IMG/VR virus record: IMGVR_UViG_3300025679_000005
Length of the DNA: 64,000 bases
Direction: 5' to 3' (one strand)
Source of the DNA: a virus
Taxonomy: Duplodnaviria; Caudoviricetes
Numbering within the stretch: the first letter of the stretch is position 1; every line of letters starts with the position of its first letter. The position numbers were made by a program, and so were the translations under genes. The notes under the pieces are model-generated. The model was not told the origin of the DNA. It made no database searches and worked only from the letters and a program-made list of their open reading frames with translations. Shown piece by piece: positions 22,401 to 31,446 of this stretch.

Positions 22401-25391
22401 GTAGGTCAGACTTTGTTTTGGACTCAAGAGCTGGATCTGACCTTCCCGCATGCCTTTGCTCTTTCGTGGAGATTCTACGGAGCTAGCGTTACCGCATACA
22501 ACGGGGTTTTCTCAGGCCTTGCTGTAGGCTACTCAGATGACGCCGTGGCCTATGCGATCGGATTCATTGAGGTCTCTGGGGTCAAGAAGATCGGTTTCCT
22601 AAAGCGAGGCTTCGCTGACGACGCTTCGACGGTTGATTCGTGGATAGGCGGCCTAGACAACCTAAGTGTTTCCACGGGCTTGCCTGTGACTTTCGACTGG
22701 AGCGTTCTACACAGCTACCGTCTATTCCGTGATCGAACAGGCACAATCTCTCTGTACGTAGATGGAGACATCCTGGCTACCTTGCGGGTGACCCCGGATC
22801 AGGTCCCTTTCTTGGAAGAAGTCAACGCTCCTTTCAACGAGCTACAGGGAGTATTCTTCGGCTCAATCTCTAGGGAAGCTGAGAGTGTATCCGTCTGGGA
22901 CTTCGTTCGCTATCTTCTTCTGCCAACCAACCCACTTCAGACCAGTCCCTCGTCATTTGTCAGCTATGAGGGCAATATCCTACCAGAAGTGGCTAGCCGA
23001 CCCTGGACTCCGATCGGTTTCCACGGAACAGAGTCCATCGTCAACAGTCAACTACTGCTTCTGGATTCCACATCAGCCTCAGACGGCTTCACTGCCTCTG
23101 AAGTGGGCGGCATAGGCGGTGACTACCGAGGTTTTGTTCGTCTAGAACCCCTGCTGTCCTCAGCCTCTGAGATTGTGGTGGACGTTGCTCCGCAGCTGCG
23201 GACCTACACCTACGGCGTAGACCCCTATGGGTTGACGGTAGCTGTAGACGACGGCAATCGTTTGATGCAGCTTGCTTTCTTCCCTAGCGCCGCAACCCCC
23301 AAGTTTAGTTACGGCGGACGATCTCTCCCGGAGTCTTTCTCACCCTATGTCTGGAGTGCCATGGGTGGAGGCTCAGCCTCTATGCTGGGGCGAGTCCTGA
23401 GGATTTCAGATACGACCGTGGGTGATGGCAAGGTCTACTTTATCGACGATCTCTCCCCTCCTGTTTCTGATAGCCGTGTAGTGTCTTCAGCTACCGACTA
23501 CATTTTTGAGTTCCGTGTGCAGGTGGTAAGCTACACCACGGATGGTGCGGGATTTGCTGGCGTATTCGGTCAAGTTGATGACGGTTCCAGAGCGCTAGGA
23601 CTCATGTTCGAAGTCATAGCAGGGACTAAGTACGTAACCTTCAATTCTGAAGGAGTGCCCCTGGGCAGTTCAGCCAGATTCGCATTCAATTGGAATGACG
23701 GTCAACCCCACACCTATCGCTTCGTTAAGAGCACGGGTGGAGACCTAGTCACGCTGTTCATTGATGCTGTGTTCGTCGGCACGGTGGCATACCATTTGTT
23801 TACGGCGACCGGTGGCACGGCCACCGTCTCATTCGGATCGTCATCGCCTCTAAGTGCGGGGGCTCTTTCGCAGGTGGACTGGCACTACTGCAACGTCTGG
23901 CGAACCCGGACCGATTTGAAGCACTATGTGGGCCTCTGGAAGGGCTATGATGCAGACAGTCTGACTGGGTACCACCTCCCTCTCAAAACCTCAGGACGAG
24001 GCGCTCAAATCGTAGGCAATGCCTTAGGGGACAGCCTTGCTAGCTTCATTGCTGACGGGGTCACCTCTGGGGACACCCTAGTCATTGACGAGGGGCCCAA
24101 TAAAGGCGTGTATGCCATTGCAGCCGTTTCGGGAGCTACGACTCTGACCATCGTTGGAACGTGGCCCTTGAACCCCACACTGACTAGTTACCGCATTGTC
24201 AGCGAAGTCGACTGGACTGCCCAGCACAAGTACCGTTTGATCAAGGACTCTTCGGGTTTGGTCAGCGTGCTCTACGAGAACGCTACGGATCCTATCATCC
24301 AGGTTGGGTACAATTCAATTGATTTGCCGGCCAGTGGCACGGGTCTTGTTCAGGCGGTGTCCAATGGGATTCCGTCGATTGTATTCGGTTCCTTCAACTC
24401 GGAGAACCTTGTCCAATCCTCTTGGGATTTCGTACGATACGGCATCTCTAGGTCGGCGACCGAGATCACTGCGGCCCCACACCACCAATTCCTCAATCAG
24501 AGGAATGTCATGGAGTCCCCAGAGCGCTTGACGACTCTGCTCTCCCACACACTTACAGACTTCTCCTCAAGCTCTACGGGTATTGTCCCGAAGAAAGCCC
24601 CGGAATTCCTCACTAATACGAATCTCCCTGCCTATACCCGGCTCAATGAGGGGACTCCTTTGGTGCCTAGCACGCAGGATTACCAGGTCAGGAGCCCAAC
24701 TCCCGTCAAGGAGTTCGTGTCAGCTCTGAACATGCCGCAAGACGTGCTCAATACAGCCAGCTTCACCCTCAATGACGGATCTGTTAGATACCGCCTCATC
24801 GTACCCGAGGGGGTCCTGTACTCCGCCTTGGATGTGATCGAAGAGTCTTCTGGGGAAGAGGCTCTGATTACTCCATTTGGAGATGAGGACGGCCATAGCT
24901 TTAGCGGATTCAACTACCAGAAGGAAGTCTGCCTTGAATACTCTGCCAATGTTCTCCCTGAGAACGATATTGCGGCCCCAACTCCCTGGATTCGTCAAAG
25001 CGATAACCCAGGCCAAGTTACGGCCTCAGTGGCTGGTGGTATTTTGACATACAGCACCACGGGCTCGGCCACGGTCTACAAGAACAACACGACGTTGCCG
25101 GATGCCCCGGGTCTACAGACAGAGGTTAAGTTCCGCCTTAAGCTGTTGGCCGACGCCACCTTAGGCACGGGGGACACTCAGGTACGCTTTGGTCTTTCGG
25201 CTCCTGGACTAACTTTGGCCCTGGCTTTTGTGACCACGCCTCATGCTGAGAGGTACGTCATGGCTGTTGACCTAAATAACGGAAATAATCTGGGGTCGGT
25301 TAGCTTCGACTTCCTCGATGGGGCCTACCATACCTACAGAATCGTTAGGGATCCTGGGGCGGGCGTGGTTCGGGTATCCATCGACTCATGA
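19413..25391 (+). CDS. Large tail fibre/adhesin-like protein (1992 aa): acidic repeat stalk, Ig-like and ConA/LamG-like domains
   Basis: GTG start after GGGAG. About 400 aa of DSVxVTD repeats, then an Ig-like segment (GPKLLGVTLSDEGQLVVNYDQPM) and four D(W/F)..H.YR(L/F/I) beta-sandwich signatures. Confidence 0.75.
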   Translation: MIDVVLATDVIGTITNSGYAEILDDDIRVTDQTLVETIFARVLSDSVAVTDGIATSFEYGMVLSDSVSVTDSVFDGIINVSVSDAAGVTDQTLVETIFAQDTVGVTDSVTLSFEYGMVLSDSVAVTDGIATSFEYGMVLSDSVSVTDSVFDGIINVSVSDAAGVTDQTLVETIFAQDSVAVGDLTNTSLVYSVALSDTASLSDSSIAGIIESADPFDAVNIADAASTDIYYIRVLQDNLVVSDSAAPTTTREVSLSTDILAVSDSVAAEPTSGVLVSDVVSGITDSLAVTRFVDRSPADTIVILDQVFIGETRDVVIGTDSVLVSDFSLAEAINIDVVVTDTIFAVLDSIARETTILRVFNDTVSVTDAVSAARGGLVDRDLIDTITFGTDSVKQILWPGFDDDLDVFDIVQVEKIGTTLVAASADGFSITVPFQSEISYDHTGDLRNYLFRPLLGSRGVPFQIEGVTPVTTTLASGGSGTLISVNDPNFTTNLFQVGSATFNAGTDVGRYLAIGNGRVPGVYKIVGVPSSTRVQLDRPLQLADPANGTFSWVFTTAIQAITFRTTNKVTNQAGYTLSIQGLVTKAGVPFGLAADFITTGILGPKLLGVTLSDEGQLVVNYDQPMRTDRDIVLSSEYTVTGPSSVSVRQVQSVGPSTVALDLNGLSSGSYALTINIAGTPKDVAGNPLEPAFNQAVFTGSVPLTNRSIFTDKGPISKPALSLQTGTGVTFNSGAEATLTGSTLTPDLINEYLNFSGTLHNDGTYKITGVLSPTKLRVQASFVLPDSAGSPVWEIFDPRNGEIADDPTDVGVLVNGTPVTPVAVVGLLGQVVLPTAPEPNDDVKVNYSWMPNPTVDFRRLNSKEFRLNSWNADTLYGKSTSQHRYRYNNTLVRPSEYAPLDILATLDQPETRDLYYRAFERAYTATLNDPSSLLLNSPIHKIAFPSAQRTINEAFITYEAEVLPEAATPAWVKHGAGLTSTSAGLLTATDNTSGPYPVGQTLFWTQELDLTFPHAFALSWRFYGASVTAYNGVFSGLAVGYSDDAVAYAIGFIEVSGVKKIGFLKRGFADDASTVDSWIGGLDNLSVSTGLPVTFDWSVLHSYRLFRDRTGTISLYVDGDILATLRVTPDQVPFLEEVNAPFNELQGVFFGSISREAESVSVWDFVRYLLLPTNPLQTSPSSFVSYEGNILPEVASRPWTPIGFHGTESIVNSQLLLLDSTSASDGFTASEVGGIGGDYRGFVRLEPLLSSASEIVVDVAPQLRTYTYGVDPYGLTVAVDDGNRLMQLAFFPSAATPKFSYGGRSLPESFSPYVWSAMGGGSASMLGRVLRISDTTVGDGKVYFIDDLSPPVSDSRVVSSATDYIFEFRVQVVSYTTDGAGFAGVFGQVDDGSRALGLMFEVIAGTKYVTFNSEGVPLGSSARFAFNWNDGQPHTYRFVKSTGGDLVTLFIDAVFVGTVAYHLFTATGGTATVSFGSSSPLSAGALSQVDWHYCNVWRTRTDLKHYVGLWKGYDADSLTGYHLPLKTSGRGAQIVGNALGDSLASFIADGVTSGDTLVIDEGPNKGVYAIAAVSGATTLTIVGTWPLNPTLTSYRIVSEVDWTAQHKYRLIKDSSGLVSVLYENATDPIIQVGYNSIDLPASGTGLVQAVSNGIPSIVFGSFNSENLVQSSWDFVRYGISRSATEITAAPHHQFLNQRNVMESPERLTTLLSHTLTDFSSSSTGIVPKKAPEFLTNTNLPAYTRLNEGTPLVPSTQDYQVRSPTPVKEFVSALNMPQDVLNTASFTLNDGSVRYRLIVPEGVLYSALDVIEESSGEEALITPFGDEDGHSFSGFNYQKEVCLEYSANVLPENDIAAPTPWIRQSDNPGQVTASVAGGILTYSTTGSATVYKNNTTLPDAPGLQTEVKFRLKLLADATLGTGDTQVRFGLSAPGLTLALAFVTTPHAERYVMAVDLNNGNNLGSVSFDFLDGAYHTYRIVRDPGAGVVRVSIDS
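19535..19942 (+). repeat. 180-bp perfect in-frame duplication (228-bp period) with nested shorter repeats
   Basis: 19535-19714 matches 19763-19942 by eye. Sub-units such as GTCACAGACCAGACCCTAGTTGAGACTATTTTCGCTC occur three times. Confidence 0.9.
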
Positions 25392-25506
25392 AATCCTGGA
25401 CTAAATGTGGTTAACCGCAGAAGCAGAGATACTCGCTGAAGCTGCGAAATGCGAAGTTATTTGTGCCAACTGTCATAGGGCTAGGACTTACGCCCGTAAG
25501 CAATAG
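25388..25506 (+). pseudogene. Remnant of an HNH homing endonuclease (C-terminal fragment)
   Basis: 25405-25506 translates to MWLTAEAEILAEAAKCEVICANCHRARTYARKQ*, matching the EIxKCxxxCANCHRxRT tail of phage HNH nucleases. The upstream His-containing half is absent and there is an in-frame TAA at 25402. Confidence 0.75.
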
Positions 25507-25514
25507 GACCCGTC

Positions 25515-27245
25515 ATGACCGCCACTGCTCTAATCCAGTTAACGCAAGCTACCAACATTGGTCCGAACGGCCAGTCCCTGATTGGCGTTGTCGGGACCGC
25601 TGTGACGCTTTCGAATACGGACAACACGGGTGTGGCTTCCTGGCAAATAGACCTTGTCTACGCGGATCCCTCTAGTGCCCTAGTCCCAGCCACACCCTAT
25701 GCTTTCAACAATTCTAGTGCCACACCTACCCTAACCTTCACTCCTGATGTGTCGGGTTGCTATCGCCTCGTCCTAAAGGTGTGGGGTGTGGCCAATCGTG
25801 TGGGTACTCCTACGGACTTGGACATCCGTATCTTTGGGGTAAAGGAAGCCAACGGAACTCTGGTACCTCCGGCTCAGGTATTCCCTCAGCCTTTGCCTGT
25901 GCCCGCCTCTGGTAAGCCGGGGGCCAAGCCATCGGAGTACAACTTCGATGGCGTCCCGAACGGCGCTGGCTGGGCGGGGAATGGGTCCAATGATGGATTG
26001 TTGAACAACACTCTCAGGATAGTTGATGCGATCAACACCAAAAGCACACACACTCTATACGTGGACGTGGACACAACGGTGCCGTTCGCTCTTCAAACAG
26101 GCAGTAAGGGTCTACCGTTTTCAAGCATTGACGACGCCTTTTCACTGATAGGCTCAAACTCTGGCACGGCTACTAATTGGTATGTCATGGTCGGGCCTGG
26201 ACAGTACCCCTCATCGGGTACCACGATCAATGGCGGAAATGGTACGATCTGTAGGAACATCTGGGTTGAGGGCTCTAAGGGAACTGTCCTTGGTAGTGGG
26301 GGGTCTAACACTTTCTACTGGTCGTCCTCAGAGGCCGCTAACAACACACTGTCTTTCAGCAACCTGACCCTCAACATCAAGCTAGATGCGTTTGCTAGTA
26401 CGACTGAGTCGGGTGTGACGCACACCATCGAATTCCACAATGTCATTGCTACTGCTGGCACCATTCACACAGACTTCACAAGTGACCCCGTCCTAATTTT
26501 GGCCTATGGGACGATGGCTGCTAACCCGACCAACACATACATCAGCACTACTTGTCAGTTCGGAGAGATTAGGGCCACGACTGGCAATATTATTTTGAGA
26601 GGTTCCAGCTTCAACAGTATCGAAACTGCCACTGATACTGGGGAGATCATCTGCCAGGACTGCTATTGCCCGTCTACTACCACATCGGATGGCATCTATT
26701 CCCACAATATCACATTGGGGAACACTCTGTTCGCGGGTACGATCGGAGCTACTGTCCAGATAAACACAGGATTCACCACATTCGGTGCGCTGACTATAGA
26801 CAGCCCGACTTTTGCATCAATCGTCGCGCACAACGTAGCCGTCAACAATGGCTTCAACAATATCCGTAGCTTGTACGGAGATGAGCTGGCCATTGAGGGC
26901 GCCACACTTCAGATCACCTCAACGGGCACGGTCCCGTTAGTGACCCTAGATATTAGGGGCCTGCCCTCTGAGGTCGCCATTGCCGTTCGCGCTGTTGTGG
27001 CTGCTTTCTCCACAGGGTACACGAGCATCTATGAGTGGGAGGCAATATTCCTGAAAACCAGCGGTAGCGTGTCTGTAGGAGGTCAAGGAGCCGGGAACTC
27101 CGGCTCCAATGGAAAGTACGGTAATAACGCCTCCACCCTGAACTTCTCTTCGAATTCTAACAACATTGTCCTGAGTGAGTTTTGCGCCAGTTCTCAGAAC
27201 TTCTCCTGGCACACGGTATTGTACTTCTCGTTCTCTCACTCTTAA
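25515..27245 (+). CDS. Tailspike-like protein: N-terminal Ig/PKD-like domain plus predicted right-handed beta-helix
   Basis: TLYVD...GSKGLPFSSIDDA...VMVGPGQY is the usual start of pectin-lyase-like beta-helices. The body is Asn/Thr/Ser/Gly-rich. Confidence 0.65.
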   Translation: MTATALIQLTQATNIGPNGQSLIGVVGTAVTLSNTDNTGVASWQIDLVYADPSSALVPATPYAFNNSSATPTLTFTPDVSGCYRLVLKVWGVANRVGTPTDLDIRIFGVKEANGTLVPPAQVFPQPLPVPASGKPGAKPSEYNFDGVPNGAGWAGNGSNDGLLNNTLRIVDAINTKSTHTLYVDVDTTVPFALQTGSKGLPFSSIDDAFSLIGSNSGTATNWYVMVGPGQYPSSGTTINGGNGTICRNIWVEGSKGTVLGSGGSNTFYWSSSEAANNTLSFSNLTLNIKLDAFASTTESGVTHTIEFHNVIATAGTIHTDFTSDPVLILAYGTMAANPTNTYISTTCQFGEIRATTGNIILRGSSFNSIETATDTGEIICQDCYCPSTTTSDGIYSHNITLGNTLFAGTIGATVQINTGFTTFGALTIDSPTFASIVAHNVAVNNGFNNIRSLYGDELAIEGATLQITSTGTVPLVTLDIRGLPSEVAIAVRAVVAAFSTGYTSIYEWEAIFLKTSGSVSVGGQGAGNSGSNGKYGNNASTLNFSSNSNNIVLSEFCASSQNFSWHTVLYFSFSHS

Positions 27246-27328
27246 CCAGGGGCTGCCTAAATTTAGATGCTGACGCTTGCTAAATACCAGACTGTCGAAC
27301 AGCCTCCAGGCCTTCAAATGGGGCGCTT

Positions 27329-30300
27329 GTGAGCGGCTTTGCAGGTTCCGGATGGGGTGAAGGGCCCTGGGGCGGAAGTACGCTCGATGATGTCAGTAGT
27401 GGCAGCACAATCGACGTAGTCAGTGGGGACACGCTTACGATCACAGACTCCTACAGCGTCCCTCTTCGTGTACAGGACGCCGTAGGGACAACGAAATTCT
27501 CGGTAAGGGTAGATTTCTCTCAAGACCTCGACATTACATACCCAGCGCTGTCTCTGACTTCGAACTACACCATCCCTGGGCTGACAGTTCTAAGTGTCAC
27601 GATCCTAAGCCTCTCCCAGGTGCTACTGGCGACAACTCCAGCCCAGCTACCGATCATTTATACGGTCACCGTCGGGGATGCTGTCTCCCTCAATGGGGAT
27701 ATCCTAGGTGTGGATGACCATGCCGACTTCAATGGCTTCATTCTAATCCCCACTTTCTTGGCAGGGGCTGAATCTTCGACGAAGGTAGAACTGATCTTCT
27801 CCACGGCGATGACGGTTAATTCCGCCCTCACGTCGACCGCCAGCTACAAGATTCAGGCAACAGACGGGGATGCCATCATTCCCATCCTGTCAGCTGCTGT
27901 TTCGGGCCCTTTGCCTCGTCAAAGGGTTACCCTTATATTGGGTACTCCCCTGACTTCGAAACAGTACTACGCGGTAACTGTCGCAAATACCGTGACTGAC
28001 GTCTTGGGCTTAAACGTAGTCCCCAACATGTACATCATGCAATGGGCTGATATGACTCAGCCTGTTTTCATTGCACCTCTTGAAATACCAGTCAAGGACT
28101 TTTCAGGGGAAATACATGGGGGTCTTCTAGGCAATCCCGATGGTCAGGTCTTCTTCTCGCCTGCGTTTGAGACGGTCGGAGCGACCTCGACGATCGAGCT
28201 TGAGCAGCTATCGGTCTGTACCAAAGCTTACGACGAATACACGATTCCCGCTCCCCCTGACCCCATCCCGTTGATGACCTTCTCTCCTGGGTCTCAGTCT
28301 GTCATTGGGCCTAGCACAGTTCTGTGGGCTCCTGCGTGGCGGCTAGGTCAGGTTCAGATGACCTTGGGACGCAACGAGGTGGACCAGATACAGTCAGCTA
28401 ATGATGGGCCTGTCTATGGAACTCTGGTAGAGACCATCGATATCACTAGGGCCTCGTTCTTGAATGATTCGCGTTGGAGCACCTTCCCCGGCTCTATCGC
28501 ATTTAGGACTGCAGACAACAAGACTAGCATAGGCCCAGGGCCGACTTCGTTACGAACTCTGGATTGGCCAAAGATTGTCATTGGCGATGAGATTGACATC
28601 GACGACGATGTCAATCTAAGAAGTGGTCTAGACCCACTGCTCAATGACGTAATCTCTGTCTCAGACGTGGTAACCACAGGTGTCCTAGCTGTTGATATCG
28701 AAGACGTTGTCAATGTGTCGGATGTGCTCACACCTACCACCCAATACGTTAGGTTCGCGAACGACAGCGTTTTCACAACGGACGTTGCTGAGACCGCGAT
28801 CCAAACTTACAATATCATTGCTTCGGACGCAATAGACATTTCTTCGGACTCGATCAGCCGCACTACGTTCCAGGTCTTTAGTGTGGCCACCAACGACACA
28901 GTATCGACTTCGGACTCGATCAGCCTCACTACGTCCCGGGTCTTTAGTGTGGTTGCCAACGACACAGTATCGACTTCGGACTCGATCACGATCGGATCTG
29001 TCATTGACATATTCATGTTGGATTCGGTTTCGATCACGGACTCGATCACTATCGTATCCCACGGAATCATTGACAAGTCAGGGTCGGATTCGATTTCGAT
29101 CACAGATTCAACGATCAGCGACAACGGACTCGTATCCCAAGTGTTGCAGGTCTCCGGCAACAAGCTGGTGAATTCGCAGGGGCAGACGGTGATCCTGCGC
29201 GGCTTCTCATTCTCGTCAACCGAGACTAGGCCGGTGCAGACCTCGACATTCTACGAGCCAATCGCTCCGACGATTGCAGGATTGGGGGCGCGTGCAGGTG
29301 CGAACTTTATGCGTATCCCGCTCAACCAAGCCGCATGGCTTGGCACGGTCACGAACGCTGGGATCTCCGGCGCACCGTACCGCAGTGCTATAGTAAATCT
29401 CGTAGCTCAGGTGCGTGCATATGGGCTGTATGCTTTGGTCGATCTGCACTGGAACGACCCGCAACCCACAGCCTCGTTTACGCCTAATGCTGCCGCTCAA
29501 CAGGTTATGGCTAACCGGGACGCGACTGGTGGCACCACGGACTCGCGAGCATTCTGGACCTCGGTCGCCAACACGTTCAAGTCTGATACAGGTGTCATCT
29601 TTGATCTCTACAACGAGCCCCATGATATTACGTGGGCGCAGTGGCTCAGTGGTGGAGCGACGCAAACGAACTACCTGAGCGATGCCTCAGGCACTCTAGC
29701 GTTCTCATGGACGACCGCGGGTATGCAGGAACTGCTGAACGCGGTTCGCGCTACGGGCGCTACGAACGTCTGTGTCGCCAATGGCATCGGCTGGGCCAAC
29801 GCGCTAGGTCAAGACGAATACGACACTACTGGCAACCCTTCGCTAGGCTGGCTCTCGCACAAACCAACAGACGCGACAGGCAATCTAATGGCCGGCTGCC
29901 ATCTCTATTCAGGGCAGCCTTATTCAAGCATACCAGCTACAGCAGATCAACCCTTCTCAACAACAGCGGCTGCGGCAGTGCTTACCGTCGCTGCCTCCTA
30001 TCCTGTCTTGATTGGCGAGTACGGCGACAAGGTCGGCTCGCTCATTCCCTACGCCCCAGCGTTGCTTGAATGGGCGGAGCGCAACGGCCTCTCGCACGCG
30101 GCTTGGACATTTAACAACTTTGGTGATCCAGAGAACGTCTTGCTGACGGCCTACAACGCTAGCACGCAGCCATACGAAGTCGTGCCGAATGCTGGTGAAG
30201 GTGCCTTCGTGCTTCCGTACATCCGAGCCCGCCGAAGAATCACAATTCCAAATACGAATATCAGTGCAGGCCAGCCGATCTTCGCCAGTTCGAGCACCGG

Positions 30301-31357
30301 GTCAGCAGTTACCAGAATCACTCAGAGCAACTGGGATGGTAACGATTGGAGATCTTCTGGATATCCTGCATCAGTATCGCTAGATCTTTCAGCAGTCACT
30401 GCGTCGAAGCGCACAAATATCGCGCTTGCAATGTCCAATTCAAATTACCAAGGTGATTCATCTACTTTCGTTTCCCCAACATATAGCGCTTGGAGCGACT
30501 ACAAAATTCAAGGCAATGCAGGAGCTGGAGGCGGGTCGGTGCCTGGCTCGGGCTGGGTAGACATTTTGTCTGTGACCGGTAATAAACAGAGATCACGTTC
30601 GCATCGGCTATTATTCGCGGCCGCGGTCGGCGGCACTCCGTACAACTGGCTTCGTGTACTGTTTACTGCTGGAAATAGCCAGAATGACCCTGGCAATTCG
30701 GACGCCTCGCTGAATTTGCTCGATGTGAGCGATGTGAGCGCGGGCAACTATAGCAGCTGGTTCATGATGGGTGATTCCATCCTCAGCCAGACCGTGCGCG
30801 CAGACGGCACGGGATTTGGGGCAGCGTACAAATCACGGTACTCCGGATTTCCAGCATTATTCGAAATCAACGGTGCGCCAGGATACAAGGCATCCGATTT
30901 TGCTTCTGGAGGCTCATACAACACTCAATGGCTCGCCTATCTGAACGGGACCGCATGTCAAAACGTATACATCGCTTTCGGGACGAATGATGCAAGTCCG
31001 GGTGTTGCTGCGACATTCGACTCGAACATGCGAGAACTGATCAACAACTGTCTTAGCCACGGTCTTATACCCTGGGTTCCTACGATTCCGTGGTCTACAA
31101 ATAGCACACGCAATACTAACGCCACTCCGCTAAACGCCAAGATCGCTCAGATCTACACCGACTATGGTGGAGTCGTATTCAAAGGGCCTGACTGGTGGAC
31201 GTTCTACCAATCCGGAATTCTTACATCGGACGAAATTCACCCAGTCGATCATTATCCTGAAGTAGCGGCAGAGCTTGCGCGCGTACTTGGGTTGCGCGCG
31301 CTTCCAGGTGCGAGTGCTGATAATTGGACGCCTCCCACCATTGATTTGAGCGCCTAA
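27329..31357 (+). CDS. Multidomain fibre: Ig-like domains, acidic repeat stalk, GH5 glycoside hydrolase, discoidin/CBM-like domain, SGNH/GDSL esterase
   Basis: GH5 features: GANFMRIPLN, LVDLHW, DLYNEPH (Glu at 29615), CHLY, IGEYG (Glu at 30017), HAAW. SGNH blocks: MGDS (30770-30778), GTND (30980-30991), DEIH (31229-31240). Confidence 0.88.
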   Translation: MSGFAGSGWGEGPWGGSTLDDVSSGSTIDVVSGDTLTITDSYSVPLRVQDAVGTTKFSVRVDFSQDLDITYPALSLTSNYTIPGLTVLSVTILSLSQVLLATTPAQLPIIYTVTVGDAVSLNGDILGVDDHADFNGFILIPTFLAGAESSTKVELIFSTAMTVNSALTSTASYKIQATDGDAIIPILSAAVSGPLPRQRVTLILGTPLTSKQYYAVTVANTVTDVLGLNVVPNMYIMQWADMTQPVFIAPLEIPVKDFSGEIHGGLLGNPDGQVFFSPAFETVGATSTIELEQLSVCTKAYDEYTIPAPPDPIPLMTFSPGSQSVIGPSTVLWAPAWRLGQVQMTLGRNEVDQIQSANDGPVYGTLVETIDITRASFLNDSRWSTFPGSIAFRTADNKTSIGPGPTSLRTLDWPKIVIGDEIDIDDDVNLRSGLDPLLNDVISVSDVVTTGVLAVDIEDVVNVSDVLTPTTQYVRFANDSVFTTDVAETAIQTYNIIASDAIDISSDSISRTTFQVFSVATNDTVSTSDSISLTTSRVFSVVANDTVSTSDSITIGSVIDIFMLDSVSITDSITIVSHGIIDKSGSDSISITDSTISDNGLVSQVLQVSGNKLVNSQGQTVILRGFSFSSTETRPVQTSTFYEPIAPTIAGLGARAGANFMRIPLNQAAWLGTVTNAGISGAPYRSAIVNLVAQVRAYGLYALVDLHWNDPQPTASFTPNAAAQQVMANRDATGGTTDSRAFWTSVANTFKSDTGVIFDLYNEPHDITWAQWLSGGATQTNYLSDASGTLAFSWTTAGMQELLNAVRATGATNVCVANGIGWANALGQDEYDTTGNPSLGWLSHKPTDATGNLMAGCHLYSGQPYSSIPATADQPFSTTAAAAVLTVAASYPVLIGEYGDKVGSLIPYAPALLEWAERNGLSHAAWTFNNFGDPENVLLTAYNASTQPYEVVPNAGEGAFVLPYIRARRRITIPNTNISAGQPIFASSSTGSAVTRITQSNWDGNDWRSSGYPASVSLDLSAVTASKRTNIALAMSNSNYQGDSSTFVSPTYSAWSDYKIQGNAGAGGGSVPGSGWVDILSVTGNKQRSRSHRLLFAAAVGGTPYNWLRVLFTAGNSQNDPGNSDASLNLLDVSDVSAGNYSSWFMMGDSILSQTVRADGTGFGAAYKSRYSGFPALFEINGAPGYKASDFASGGSYNTQWLAYLNGTACQNVYIAFGTNDASPGVAATFDSNMRELINNCLSHGLIPWVPTIPWSTNSTRNTNATPLNAKIAQIYTDYGGVVFKGPDWWTFYQSGILTSDEIHPVDHYPEVAAELARVLGLRALPGASADNWTPPTIDLSA
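28842..28988 (+). repeat. 66-bp (22-codon) imperfect tandem repeat
   Basis: CTTCGGACTCGATCA recurs at 28842, 28908 and 28974, encoding SDSISxTTxxVFSVxxNDTVST units. Confidence 0.9.
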
Positions 31358-31446
31358 TGTCTGGCCTCAGTTCACGTATATGGCCTGATTGGCTTTAGGG
31401 GTGCCCTGTTCTCTTTATGGGAAGCCTCTTGTGAAAACGAGAGGAT

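Noticed and set aside
29141-30230. GH5 domain as the missing endolysin
   Set aside because: GH5 is not a known muramidase family, and the domain is fused in a 1342-aa fibre-like protein.
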